Part shown: positions 31,000 through 41,282 of the stretch, one piece after another
Position numbering within the stretch: position 1 is the stretch's first letter
Layout of the letters: every line of letters begins with the position of its first letter
Assembly (NCBI GenBank): GCA_918797485.1
Contig: CAKKNE010000005.1
Span: forward strand, 3,906,001 to 3,970,000
Origin: Pelagomonas calceolata
Lineage: Eukaryota
Direction: 5' to 3'
DNA length: 64,000 nucleotides
The notes under the pieces: model-generated
Database searches by the model: none
Told to the model about the DNA's origin: nothing
The model's input: only the letters and a program-made list of their open reading frames with translations
Made by a program: the position numbers and the translations under genes

Positions 31000-31209
31000 T
31001 CTCACGACCAACTTCACTTTGCCACACGCGCTGCTTCCCGCATCAAAACGCTCGCAGACAGGTTGCACAGTCACACGTGTGCAAAAGAACAGCACAGCGC
31101 AAGTTCGAAGTCCACCCGTGGCAGTAGCAGGCAACGCAGGCTGACCACTCGCCACCGAGGCTGGCAGTGGTCCGCGGGGCGCTAAAAGACGCGCAGCCGG
31201 CGGAGACCC

Positions 31210-33079
31210 ATGCGCCAAAGCATGGCGCTGCTCATAGCGCTGGCGGCGCGGCCGGCGCGCGCACTCATACCAAGACTACATCACATACCAAGAGCCGCCG
31301 TCGCCCGCCACATGAGTGATGCTCCGGTTAATTTAGTCGTGGACCCCGAGACGGGCGAGGAGATGTCGAAGAGCGCTTTGAAGAAGCTGCAGAAGCAGCG
31401 GAAAATTGATGCTAAAAAAGCTGCTAAGAAGCAAAAAGCGGCCGAGGCGGCACCAGCTGTTGTGGAAGATAAGGGCCCGCCGCTCGTGGCCGCGCAACTG
31501 CCCTTTTCCATCGAGGCTCCTATTGATGATCAACCGAGGTTCGGCGACATGGACGTCTGCCGGTCCCAGGCTTCTTCATCAGACAAGCCGTCAACCATCA
31601 AAGCGCTGCAAGCGGGCGAGGAGGCCTGGGTGCGTTGTCGGGTGGCCAACGTCCGGAGCACGGGCCGGGCCGTGTTTTTGGTGTTGCGAAGTTTGGATGA
31701 TGCGGCCGAAACATTACAAGCTTGCTATTTTAAGGACAAGGCGGATCCGCGGTCCAATGAAGCTCTCAAGTTTCTCGAGAGACTGACCTGCGAGTCCATC
31801 GTCGACTGTCGGGGGAGCGTCGCGGAGGCGACCGTCGAGACCTGCTCTCGAGGGGACGTTGAATTACAATTGAACAGCTGTAAGGTCGTCACGAGGGCAC
31901 CTGCGACGCTACCTTTCTTAGTAGAGGACGCTTCGAGATCAGAAGCCGAGATCGAAGCATCACAAAGTACTGACAGACCATTCGCGTCGGTCTCGCAAGA
32001 GGCCCGCCTGGACCACCGCTGGTTAGAATTACGAACCCCTGCCTCCGCAGCAACTCTGAAACTCCAAGCGGCCGTCTGCCGCCTCTACCGGAACGCCATG
32101 GATAGTCGCGGATTCGTCGAGATCCACTCTCCCAAGTTGATAGCGGGCGAGAGCGAGAGCGGCGCGGGCGTGTTTACGACGGACTATTTCGGCGAGACGG
32201 CGTGCTTAGCGCAATCGCCGCAATTATATAAACAATTAGCTGTTGCTGGGGACTTGGGCGGTGTGTATGAGGTCGGGCCCGTGTTTCGGGCCGAGAACTC
32301 GAATACAAGAAGGCACCTTTGTGAGTTTACGGGGCTGGACTTCGAAGTGCCGATCGTGTCGCATTACTCCGAGGCTATTAGTATTGGCCACGGCGTCTTC
32401 AAAGCTATTTTTGAAGGGTTAGAAGAGGAGTGCTCGGACCTATTAACTTCCGTAAGGGCGCAGTTTCCCTCGTCCAAGCCTGTCATTTCTGACGAGCCCG
32501 TGGTGCTTCACTTCGACGATGCTTTACAGCTGTTGAGGGATAACGGCTGTGCACCGGAGGGCGGCGACGACCTGTCTGGTGCTGATGAATTGAGACTAGG
32601 TGAACTGGTCAAAGAAAAGCACGGCGTCGATTTCTTCGTAGTAGACCGGTACCCGTCGTCGATCCGACCCTTCTACACGATGCTCGACCCTTCAGATAGT
32701 TCAAGGTCGAACTCCTACGACTTCTTCCTGCGGGGCCAGGAGATCTGCTCCGGGGCGCAACGCGTCCACGACCCTTCTTTGTTGAGAGATCAGCTCCGTG
32801 CGCCTGCGGCGTCCTTGTCACTTTCCGACGCCATCGACGCGAGGGTGAGAGTTCGCGCGCCGACTCACGCGTCGCTGCGCAGGCGCGAAGGGTTTGGACC
32901 CCGACGCCGCGGACCTCTCGGCCTCTCTCAAATCATACATGCAGGCCTTCGAGCACGGCGCGCCGCCGCACGCGGGCTGCGGCTTCGGGCTGGAGCGCGT
33001 CGTCTTCCTCTATTTGGGGTTGGACAACATTAGGAGGGCGTCCCTGTTCCCGCGCGACCCAAAGCGGTGCGCGCCCTAG
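31210..33079 (+). CDS. DARS1: Aspartyl-tRNA synthetase (eukaryotic cytosolic type) with N-terminal extension; exons 31210-32797 and 32883-33079
   Basis: [60 protein letters not shown] and [11 protein letters not shown]. Intron removal restores frame. Confidence 0.95.
32798..32882 (+). other. GT-AG intron (85 nt)
   Basis: C|GTGCGC...CGCAG|GC gives QLRAKGLDP; contains ACGCCATCGACGCGA and short CCTGCG/CGCAGG inverted ends. Confidence 0.88.
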
Positions 33080-33092
33080 GCTTCATACAAAC

Positions 33093-34430
33093 TTAGTCTT
33101 CTGCCCGTCGCACGCGCACCTTCCTGCCTTTGACCTCCTCGAGGTCGCAGGCCAGCGCCCGCGTAACATCGTTTTTTGATGGGAGGACCACGGTCGCGCT
33201 GCCCCTTCCTAGGGTAACGACGACGTCGGGGATGTGGCGGAACAGCTTTTTCACGTCGGCCTCGTCGGCTTCATAAGCCAGAGACCGTACCACAATTGTT
33301 CGCTGCTGCTCGTCGTCCGGCGCCGCCGCCATGCGCCCCGCCAGCCGCTCCGCCTTGCGCCGCCGCCTCTCACAGTCCGCGACCAACCTAAATCTTTTGG
33401 AAGACGCCCCGAACTGGACCTCGTCGCGCTTTGACAATCTATAGAACACAAACGGTTCGAGCCTTTTCGGCGAGCGGCCCTTGCGGTGCACGAAGGTCCC
33501 ATGAGACGACCCGAGGTCCACCAGGGCGTATTCTTCCGTGCCAGGACACGCGTTGACAGCACACGCGTGGAAGCGCGAGATGGACGCATGATCCAACGGC
33601 AGCGGCGAGTCCTCGCGGCGGCCCAGGACGAGGGAAAGCGCCTCCTCAACGGCAGGCAGCATCTGGAGCTTCTGGTCGCCCTCTCGCCGCCAGCACGCGT
33701 CGAAGGCGCTGTCTCTCTCATCTATGTTCGAGACTCTATCAGAACACCACGCGAGCCAAAAGTTTTTTTCGTTCTGACACAAATCGCGGCACCGCTCCAA
33801 TGCTTTTCCTAATTCGTTCCTTCCGGAACCGTCGCCCTTGAGGCCCCAGTAGCCGTCGCCGAAGTCGTTGCCGTGGCGGAGCCGCCGCGTCCCCGTGGCG
33901 CACAGAGCGTCGCGGTCGGCCCGCACGAAGCGGTCCCTCACCAACGCATCCATGACGTCGACGGCCTTCTCGCGGAACGCGTCTTGATCACTCCTTTTTT
34001 TGAATGCTTTGGCGCCGACGCGCTTGGCGTCGCGCGCCGTCGCGCACGCTCTCACAGAAACACCGTCGCCGGACCGCACGGCCTGGAACGCGTGCTCTAG
34101 GGAAGGATACGGCTTTGAATCGGGGGGCACGTCGTCGTCGAGCGCGACGGGCCCGAACGCCGACGGCACGGCGACTCGACATTTCGCGTCCGGCGCCAGA
34201 AACGCAAAGTCTCCCTTAAAGGACTTGATGGCGTCCTTGTCGTCGGCGATCGGTCTGGGAGCGGTAGGATCCCGCAGTTCCGCGAAGCCCTTGTCGGGGT
34301 CGAGGTACTGCTCCTCCTCCTTCGTCTTGTACTTCTCGTCGATCTGGTCCATGACGGCCCTCGCTTGGGCCAGGCGGCGCCTCTTCGTTTCCCTACTCCA
34401 GCGCTTGTCGCCCCATGGCTGGCTGGACAT
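33093..34430 (-). CDS. NADAR (YbiA-like) + FHA + RRM multidomain protein
   Basis: NADAR: YPSLEHAFQA...LCATGTRRLRHGNDFGDGYWG...GRNELGKALE. FHA: LGRRED...HASISRFHA...LVDLGSSHGTFV...FGASSKRF. RRM: TIVVRSLAYEA...VKGRKVRV. Confidence 0.82.
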   Translation of the reverse strand: MSSQPWGDKRWSRETKRRRLAQARAVMDQIDEKYKTKEEEQYLDPDKGFAELRDPTAPRPIADDKDAIKSFKGDFAFLAPDAKCRVAVPSAFGPVALDDDVPPDSKPYPSLEHAFQAVRSGDGVSVRACATARDAKRVGAKAFKKRSDQDAFREKAVDVMDALVRDRFVRADRDALCATGTRRLRHGNDFGDGYWGLKGDGSGRNELGKALERCRDLCQNEKNFWLAWCSDRVSNIDERDSAFDACWRREGDQKLQMLPAVEEALSLVLGRREDSPLPLDHASISRFHACAVNACPGTEEYALVDLGSSHGTFVHRKGRSPKRLEPFVFYRLSKRDEVQFGASSKRFRLVADCERRRRKAERLAGRMAAAPDDEQQRTIVVRSLAYEADEADVKKLFRHIPDVVVTLGRGSATVVLPSKNDVTRALACDLEEVKGRKVRVRRAED

Positions 34431-34599
34431 TGCGTCGCGTTGCGCAGCGCTGCGAGCAATGTGATATGTGCAGCGCCCGGAAACTAGCGCGCCGGCCGCA
34501 GCGATGGCGTGCCGTAAGGTCCGGTGTTAGGACTCGTCTGCCACGCGTGTGCGTGCTCCGTACGAAGGCTTGGCCCTCCCTTGCTCGACGCGTCGCGAT

Positions 34600-34622
34600 G
34601 CTAGCGGCCTGTAACACACTAG
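34600..34622 (-). promoter_or_regulatory. CTAG-N14-CTAG upstream element
   Basis: Minus strand CTAGTGTGTTACAGGCCGCTAGC, 170 bp before ATG 34430. Confidence 0.7.
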
Positions 34623-34912
34623 GAATATCAGGGTATTACGCTGTCGTTTTACATTAATGCGACATCTCCGTCCGCTGCAAGACGTCTCCCGGATCTGTAG
34701 ATTAATGCGGGAAAATACTGGAAGCCCGACTGCTGTCCCACCTCAGCGCCCGTCGGAAGCTCTGACCCGCGCTGTTGTAGTCGAAAACCTCTGAGTTTTC
34801 ATCTATAAGGGCTCAAGTGGTCATGCTACGATACCAAATTGCCCGATTCTAGACGATTTTGCTGTCGGGACAGAGAGCTCATTCAACCAGAGCTCGTGAT
34901 CTGCGAGCGACG

Positions 34913-35275
34913 ATGCGACGCGGGGGATCCACAATCCTAGGAAGGACCGCACGCCGGTGCCGCGGGCGGCTCGCGCTCCTCGCGCTCCTCACAACGACGG
35001 CCGCGACGCCGGTCGACTACGCGGCGGACCACGTCGTGTTCGCGCACCTGAGGACGGGCGAGGGGAACCGCGCCTTCCGCGACGCGTTCCGCGAGACGAC
35101 GGCCGCCGATGCGGTCCCCGGCTTCGGCTACGCGTTTTTCGCGGACCAGACGGGTTGCTGCCAGGCGACGGCGCGCTTCGAGGCCTGGGCTGGAGTCCTA
35201 GGTGGGGGGTATGGTTCGCGGCGCTTCTTCTCGAGTCTGCTCTCCCAGGCGCCTTTGCACTGGTGGAAGCGATGA
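34913..35275 (+). pseudogene. Short ORF resembling the 5' fragment of a secreted protein
   Basis: Hydrophobic LALLALLTTTAA then HVVFAHLRTG; ends inside the convergent ORF 35128-35439. Confidence 0.4.
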
Positions 35276-35439
35276 TGGAACTTGCCGTCGATGAGGACGT
35301 CGACCCGCATCGCGTCGATGTCGTCGCAGACGTCGAGCGCCGGCGCAAAAGATAGAGACTGAACTTTTTTCAGCTGGGGCTGGGGGCCGACAAGAGCGCC
35401 GACCCCCGCCGCTAAGGCGATGAGGAGATTGAGTTTCAT
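35128..35439 (-). pseudogene. Short ORF with signal peptide, probable 5' gene fragment
   Basis: MKLNLLIALAAGVGALVG; overlaps the convergent ORF by about 150 bp. Confidence 0.45.
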
Positions 35440-35502
35440 TGAGTCCCCTGTTGTGGGAACTCGGTCTGTCGAGTCGCTCGACAGGCTCGCAAAAATGTGA
35501 TT

Positions 35503-35526
35503 GCTAGTGTCTTACATACCGCTAGC
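35503..35526 (+). promoter_or_regulatory. CTAG-N14-CTAG upstream element
   Basis: GCTAGTGTCTTACATACCGCTAGC in a ~110-bp divergent gap. Confidence 0.7.
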
Positions 35527-35547
35527 TCGACTGGCAAGCGGCACAGC

Positions 35548-36312
35548 ATGATGAGTGCGCCTGCTGGGAAGAAGGAACAGCCGAAGCAGGAAAAGAAATA
35601 CTTGGCTCGAGCTGTTGCAGCGCCGAAGACGCCAACCGGCAGCGGTAAATCTCCGCTCCCGTCTCCGCCCACCTGGGCACTCAGCCCTCAGTCGGCCGCC
35701 AAAGCGATCGGTGCGGATCGTCCCGACGCCGTCAATATAGATTTCGACGACGGCGACGGCCTATCGCAGCGCGGCGAGACCGCGTCGGAGGAGACGTCTG
35801 CCGCGCCGCCCGCGCAGGAGCCGCCGGCCGCGCTGCCTGTGGCTGCGGACCAGGCGCCGTCGACGGCGTCGGAGAAGCGCCCGCGCGCCGACGACGACGA
35901 CGAGGAACGCAAGCGACCCAAACCTCCGCAGACGGAAGCGCCTCAGCCGCCGCCGCTCGGCGCTCCCTCCAAACCACTCGCCGTGGCGACGCAAGCGCCC
36001 GCCACTGCGCCCGTGCCGGCCGACTCGACGGCCGGCGGCGGGCAGACGAAGCGGTCGGCACCAGACCGCGAGATTCCGAAGGGGTCCATCACATTTGAAC
36101 CCATCAATCCCTATCTCGATGAAGACTTCTGGACGGCCTACGAACAGTACAAGGGCAGCAAGACCACTGATGAGTTCCAGGCGAACGGCGGCATGGCCGA
36201 CGACCTCGTGCGCGACTTTCAAAAGGGTTTGATTGGGGCTCCGCAGTACATCATGAGGTGGTTGGAAAAGCTGTCACAGCAGCCAAAGAAGCCCAGAACG
36301 GACTCGCAGTAG
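35548..36312 (+). CDS. Hypothetical protein, disordered N-terminus plus small C-terminal 'NP..Y..YKG..T..GG..DL..D..G' domain
   Basis: ITFEPINPYLDEDFWTAYEQYKGSKTTDEFQANGGMADDLVRDFQKGLI. Confidence 0.7.
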   Translation: MMSAPAGKKEQPKQEKKYLARAVAAPKTPTGSGKSPLPSPPTWALSPQSAAKAIGADRPDAVNIDFDDGDGLSQRGETASEETSAAPPAQEPPAALPVAADQAPSTASEKRPRADDDDEERKRPKPPQTEAPQPPPLGAPSKPLAVATQAPATAPVPADSTAGGGQTKRSAPDREIPKGSITFEPINPYLDEDFWTAYEQYKGSKTTDEFQANGGMADDLVRDFQKGLIGAPQYIMRWLEKLSQQPKKPRTDSQ

Positions 36313-36460
36313 ACGCGGGCCGTCGACGACGCGCTTCCGACGCCGCGGGCCGGGCTCCTGCGCGCCGGGCGACGCCTCGTTTGAAGGGCGCGTAGAGGGG
36401 ACGCGCTGGTGCCACAGGCTCTACTGTATGTGTGACACAATATTTAAGTTACTTCTTCTT

Positions 36461-38035
36461 TTACCTAGAGGACGGCGGCCGCGGGCCCGTCTCCCGGAGC
36501 CGCGGAACGTTATCGGTGACGTCCGTGCGATGAGTCTCGTTCCGAGCGAGTCGGAATGGTTCGGTGTTGTTGTAGCGCTCGCCTTTCAATTTCTCATTGA
36601 ACATGTTCTCGCGGTTCGCTTTGAGGGCGGCGGCTTGCCCGATCGTCCAGTCAGCGAGGGCCCCATTTTTGGCGAGGTACTCCGATCTCCAGTCCACGGC
36701 GAATTGCGCGCGCGTCCGTAGCCAGGTCCCCAACGCGTCCGAACCTTTCGGTAAAGCTAAGATTTCTTCGCGTTGCTGACGACACAACGCCTTCGCGATG
36801 CGAGTCCACGCGCGGCGGTGCATGATCGAGGGGGTCGGCGGCGGCTCAGTTTCTTCATCGGGCGCGATAGCGGCGGCGCGAGCGAGGCGGATCATCTCGT
36901 TCCGCGTTTTCTCGTCGTCGTCGAGGTAGTCGCACAGTTTCAAATGCGTGGCGACGTGCTCCCCCAAATCCGCCTTTGTCGTATCGTCGCCGAGTAATCT
37001 TAATACGTAGCCGATCGTTGCGGGCATGCCCGGGACCGCCAGGGACAGCGCCTTGGCCGTACCCGCCTGTAACTTACGATCTACGTTCGGTGCAAGCTTC
37101 CTTAAATCGGCATCCGAATTTTCACGAATCAGCTCGGCGACGTCCCTGAGCTTCCGCTCCTCCAGCGTCAGCGGATCGCCAAGGTGAGCCGAGCCTTGCT
37201 CGTCGGCTCCTACTGCTGGTAAATTGTCCTGGGCCAACTTCTCGCAGCGCGGCGGGTTCTCCCGAGCTTTCCTTACTTCCCGACAAGTTCCTACCGCTGA
37301 AGAGCCAAGTTCGACGCGTTTGCAGGCGGGGCACTCGCAGCCGGGCGGCGGCTGCACCATGCTCAAGCAGGCGTCGCACTCACCGCAGCGCTTCTGCTCC
37401 TCCTTTTGCTGGCCGGCGCCTTCTCGCGATGTGGTGCGCCGCTCAATCTCCAAGCCTTTTGCGCGTTTCCATGCGCTTGTAAAGTCACTACTCCGGAAGT
37501 ATTTGGCGGCCTTACCTTGGAACTGGGAGAAGTCGACCTTGTAGTGGACGCACAACTTGATCTCGGTTTCATATTTCCTTTTGATGGAGGGGGGCAGCGG
37601 CACATCATCTAAAACGACGTTGCTCAGATCCGGTTCCGAGGACGCCGCCGAGTCGTCGTCGCTCGAGGCCTCGTCGGACTCCTCCTGCTCGGCGCGGCGG
37701 TCCTTGTTCCACACTTTGATGGCGTCGTGGCGGAACTTCAGGAGGCGACGCTTTACTGCGGCGCCCGCGGCGTTGCTGTCCAGATACACGGCGAGCCAAT
37801 TTGATTTTTTATAATCGCCGCCTTTAGGGAGCAGGGCGAACGTCGCCTTCTCCAGATTCTGCTTCACCATGGCTTTTAAGATGTCCAAAAGGACCTGCTT
37901 GCCCGTGTTTGTGGCGGTGAACCCGAAGTGCTTCTTGAACGCACCAGAATCGATACAGGTTTCGTCCTCCGATAGTGGCTCCTCCGGCGGCGTCTCCGCC
38001 TCCCTTTCCGCGTCGGCCACTGGCGCGTCGGCCAT
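36461..38035 (-). CDS. Hypothetical nuclear protein with CXXC-like zinc finger
   Basis: KRCGECDACL...GCECPACK...GTC...PRC in a long ORF. Confidence 0.7.
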   Translation of the reverse strand: MADAPVADAEREAETPPEEPLSEDETCIDSGAFKKHFGFTATNTGKQVLLDILKAMVKQNLEKATFALLPKGGDYKKSNWLAVYLDSNAAGAAVKRRLLKFRHDAIKVWNKDRRAEQEESDEASSDDDSAASSEPDLSNVVLDDVPLPPSIKRKYETEIKLCVHYKVDFSQFQGKAAKYFRSSDFTSAWKRAKGLEIERRTTSREGAGQQKEEQKRCGECDACLSMVQPPPGCECPACKRVELGSSAVGTCREVRKARENPPRCEKLAQDNLPAVGADEQGSAHLGDPLTLEERKLRDVAELIRENSDADLRKLAPNVDRKLQAGTAKALSLAVPGMPATIGYVLRLLGDDTTKADLGEHVATHLKLCDYLDDDEKTRNEMIRLARAAAIAPDEETEPPPTPSIMHRRAWTRIAKALCRQQREEILALPKGSDALGTWLRTRAQFAVDWRSEYLAKNGALADWTIGQAAALKANRENMFNEKLKGERYNNTEPFRLARNETHRTDVTDNVPRLRETGPRPPSSR

Positions 38036-38195
38036 TGCGAGTCCGGACACAGTGGCTTTTTTTAACTCTTGAGTGTACGCGCAGCAGCTCTTCAGCTTAC
38101 GCGCAGCAGCAGTTTACGCGAGCAGCAGCGAGTGTACCAGCGAACGGTTAGCTCGCCCTGATGCTTAGGCCGAGTCAGTCGAGGCGTCGAGCAGA

Positions 38196-38217
38196 GCTAG
38201 TATGTCACAACGCTAGC
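38196..38217 (+). promoter_or_regulatory. CTAG-N12-CTAG upstream element
   Basis: GCTAGTATGTCACAACGCTAGC, 88 bp before ATG 38305. Confidence 0.6.
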
Positions 38218-38304
38218 GCCAGCAGAGGAGAAAGGAGAGAGGAAAGGAGAGAGGAAAGGATCGGCTTGCATAGCTGCCGCAATCCACTTTCGGAATCGTC
38301 AAAG

Positions 38305-39396
38305 ATGCGCCTCTCCCTCTGCCTCGCCTGCGCTGCAGCTCTGCGGGCGCCGCTGCGCGCACCGCTCCGCACACCGATGCGCAAACCCCTAATCACGATG
38401 GGCCTCAGCAAATCCATCACGGACAGCTTCCCGGCCCTCGTCGCGGGCGCCGCGGTCGTCGGCGCGACGCCCGTCGGGCCTACTCTCCTAAGATTGGACG
38501 GCCCGAAGGTCACCGCCGCGTTAGCATTAACCATGCTCGCCATGGGCACGACGCTCGAGACGGCCGACTTCCGGCGCATCGCCCAGAGGCCGAAGCCCGT
38601 CGCCGTCGGGTTCCTGTCGCAGTTCTGCGTCATGCCGGCGTCGGCCGTCGTCGCATCAATGATATGGCGCCTGCCGCCGGCCCAGGCGGCGGGCGTGTGC
38701 CTGGTCGGGTGCTGCCCCGGCGGCGTCGCATCAAATGTCGTCTCGTTGTTAGCCCGGGCGGACGTGCCTCTTAGCATAACGATGACGACGTGCTCGACGG
38801 TCGCTGCCTGCTTTTTAACACCAATTCTGGCCGCGCTCTGCGCCGGGGCCAAGGCGGAGCTGAATAGGGCAGCATTAGCGGCCTCGACGGTGCAGGTCGT
38901 GCTGGCCCCGGTCGCGCTCGGGCTCGCCCTCCGCTCGTGTTTCCCGAAGAAGTGCGACCGGGCGCAGCCCTTCCTGGCGCCGACGGCGGCGTTATTGGTC
39001 GCGTGGATCTGCGGGTCGGTGGTTGCGAAGAACTCCGCGGGCGCGGCGGCGGCCGGCGCCGGCCGCGTCCTCGGCGCGCTGCTGTGCCTGCACGGCCTGG
39101 GCTTCGGCCTGGGCTACGCCGCGGCGAAGGCGGCGGGCCTGGACGAGGCCGCGCGGCGGACGGTCTCGATCGAGACGGGGATGCAGAACAGCGCCCTGGC
39201 CGTCGTGCTGGCCGGCGCCGCGGGCCTGCCGCCGGCCGCGAAGCTGCCCGGGGCCATCAGCGCCACGATCCACAGCATCATGGGGTCCGTCCTCGCGCGG
39301 CGGTGGCGGCGACAGATGCCGACGATCCCGCGGCGGCCCGCGCCCGTCTTCGAGCGCGTCGCCTGGAGCGGGACGCCGTACCCCGCGCGGCCGTAA
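38305..39396 (+). CDS. Bile acid:sodium symporter (BASS) family transporter, likely plastid-targeted
   Basis: MLAMGTTL, QFCVMP, LVGCCPGGVASNV, TVSIETGMQNSALA; signal peptide plus transit-like stretch. Confidence 0.92.
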   Translation: MRLSLCLACAAALRAPLRAPLRTPMRKPLITMGLSKSITDSFPALVAGAAVVGATPVGPTLLRLDGPKVTAALALTMLAMGTTLETADFRRIAQRPKPVAVGFLSQFCVMPASAVVASMIWRLPPAQAAGVCLVGCCPGGVASNVVSLLARADVPLSITMTTCSTVAACFLTPILAALCAGAKAELNRAALAASTVQVVLAPVALGLALRSCFPKKCDRAQPFLAPTAALLVAWICGSVVAKNSAGAAAAGAGRVLGALLCLHGLGFGLGYAAAKAAGLDEAARRTVSIETGMQNSALAVVLAGAAGLPPAAKLPGAISATIHSIMGSVLARRWRRQMPTIPRRPAPVFERVAWSGTPYPARP

Positions 39397-39486
39397 CGCT
39401 CTTCTGAAGTATTTACATGGCCCGGGCGGGTGAACGAGCATCTAACGAGCGCCGTCCACGGCCCGGGACGTTGCTTGCACTACACA

Positions 39487-40926
39487 CTAAGTATTACCAT
39501 AAATAATTGAACGTACGGCCCGCTCGAGGTCCGGCGTCGCCGCCGTGACGCCCGCTTCCTTGAGCCGCTCGCAGAGGGCCGCCGAGTCGTCGACGCGCGC
39601 GAAGGAGGGGAGCTCCGCCGTCAGAGCAGAAGGAGAGTGCAGGAGCCGCGCGGCGCACCGGGAGGCCGCCGCGCGGGGCCCGGCGCGCTGGACCATCTCG
39701 CGCTCGAAGCGCCGCAGCGCCTTGGGCACGTCATTGGCCTCGGCCACGCGCCGCGCTAATAAAACAGCATCCGCCAAGGCCTGGTTCGCGCCCTGGCCCT
39801 TGAAGCACGTCATCGGGTGGCACGCGTCGCCCAGCACCGTGACCCGCGATCGAGAGGAGGACGCCACGACCATCTGATCTCGGTCGCGGAAGGGCGCGGA
39901 CCAGACGTCCTTCGTGTCCCTGATAAGCGAAGCGGCGACGCCCCCTATGTCCTTCCAGGTCGCCACGTAGCGTTCGCACTCGTTCAGGAGGTCCCCGGCC
40001 AGGTCGATCGCCCCCAAAGCAAAGGAGAGCTGCCACATCGTCAGCGTCGCCGAAAAGGGCATCGTGAAGAGCCGCGCGCGGCCGTCCAGCACGTAGAAGC
40101 CCCTCCCTTCAACGAGTTCGTGGCGGAACGTGGACAGCCCAACCACCACTCCGACGCCGACCTCCGCGAGCGGCCTTCTATCTACAATCGGCAACCGGGC
40201 CTCGCGCAGCTCGCGCACGCGGGACCGCACGCCGTCGCAGCCCACGAGCGCGGCGCACCGGCATATGGCGCCGTTCGCGAACGTCGCGACGACCTCATCA
40301 TCGCTCTCGTCCACGCGCGCGAGCTGATGATTCCAGTGGACGGCCGCCGGGGCGACGCGCTCTAACAAAACCTCGCGCAGCTGCTGCCGCTGGACTCTCA
40401 GGCTGCCCGACCGCGCTTCACTACAATGTAGTGAGGCCGCCAGCCCCCGCCCGTAGTAGCCCAGGACGGACCCGTCGCCGGCAAACACCCAGTGCGCCGT
40501 CGACGCGCAGTCGAGCTCGCGACACCTTTCCAAGATCTTCAGGTGGGCGAGGGGGCCCCGCTCATCTGAAGATAGGGTCATGCCGTAGCCCGCTTTCCTG
40601 GCTTCGAGCGACGCGTCCCGCTCGAAGACGAGGCACTCCACCCCAACGTCGGATAATGCAGCGGCCGCCGCGAGACCGCCGACGCCGCCTCCAATGATGC
40701 AGACCGTGGTCTCGTAGGTCGTTACTGGGGCGTCCTCAATTGTCGTTGCTGCCTCGTTGGGCGGCGCGGCCGCCTCGGTTGGCGGTGCTGCCGCATTTGT
40801 CGGTGCCGTAGCCTCGGCCGCGAGGGCTTTCTCGAGCATGGCTTCGAAGTTCGCCGCGTCGCCTTGCCCGGTCATTGGTGCGCCAAGCTTCTCGACGTAG
40901 TCGCCGAAGCCTGACCACGCAGACAT
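39487..40926 (-). CDS. FAD-dependent monooxygenase (FAD_binding_3)
   Basis: IIGGGVGGLAAA, LVGCDGVRSRVR and VLGDACHPMTCFKGQGANQALAD. Confidence 0.9.
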   Translation of the reverse strand: MSAWSGFGDYVEKLGAPMTGQGDAANFEAMLEKALAAEATAPTNAAAPPTEAAAPPNEAATTIEDAPVTTYETTVCIIGGGVGGLAAAAALSDVGVECLVFERDASLEARKAGYGMTLSSDERGPLAHLKILERCRELDCASTAHWVFAGDGSVLGYYGRGLAASLHCSEARSGSLRVQRQQLREVLLERVAPAAVHWNHQLARVDESDDEVVATFANGAICRCAALVGCDGVRSRVRELREARLPIVDRRPLAEVGVGVVVGLSTFRHELVEGRGFYVLDGRARLFTMPFSATLTMWQLSFALGAIDLAGDLLNECERYVATWKDIGGVAASLIRDTKDVWSAPFRDRDQMVVASSSRSRVTVLGDACHPMTCFKGQGANQALADAVLLARRVAEANDVPKALRRFEREMVQRAGPRAAASRCAARLLHSPSALTAELPSFARVDDSAALCERLKEAGVTAATPDLERAVRSIIYGNT

Positions 40927-41089
40927 TTGCAACAAGACTGCTGCACCTTCACTGGGGCAAACAGCTCATGAATGCTGCGCTCACAAGCGGCTCAGAGGTA
41001 TTCGCACAAATGCGATCACGCTGATTTATCGGTATGCGCCAGCAGTGGAGCTGCAAGGGCTGCAAAAGCGCCGCGGCCGAGCTAGCAGA

Positions 41090-41113
41090 GCTAGCGTGCA
41101 CTTACATACTAGC
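41090..41113 (-). promoter_or_regulatory. CTAG-N14-CTAG upstream element
   Basis: Minus strand GCTAGTATGTAAGTGCACGCTAGC, 164 bp before ATG 40926. Confidence 0.6.
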
Positions 41114-41282
41114 GACAAACTGGCGCTAGCTTTTGCGCAGCGCAGCCGCACAGCGCAGCCCCATGCGGTGCTCCATGCGAGAGCCATCAATATCATTCGC
41201 CTGTCGCCGCGGGCGGGCCCCATGAGGACACCCTAGTCTCGGTCGCGGGCTGCCCCAAGCTGCGAATCCACCGGTGGACAGT

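Noticed and set aside
38222..38260. Purine-rich short repeat (also small tandem duplications near 27918 and 57553)
   Set aside because: Ordinary slippage repeats in UTR or promoter DNA.
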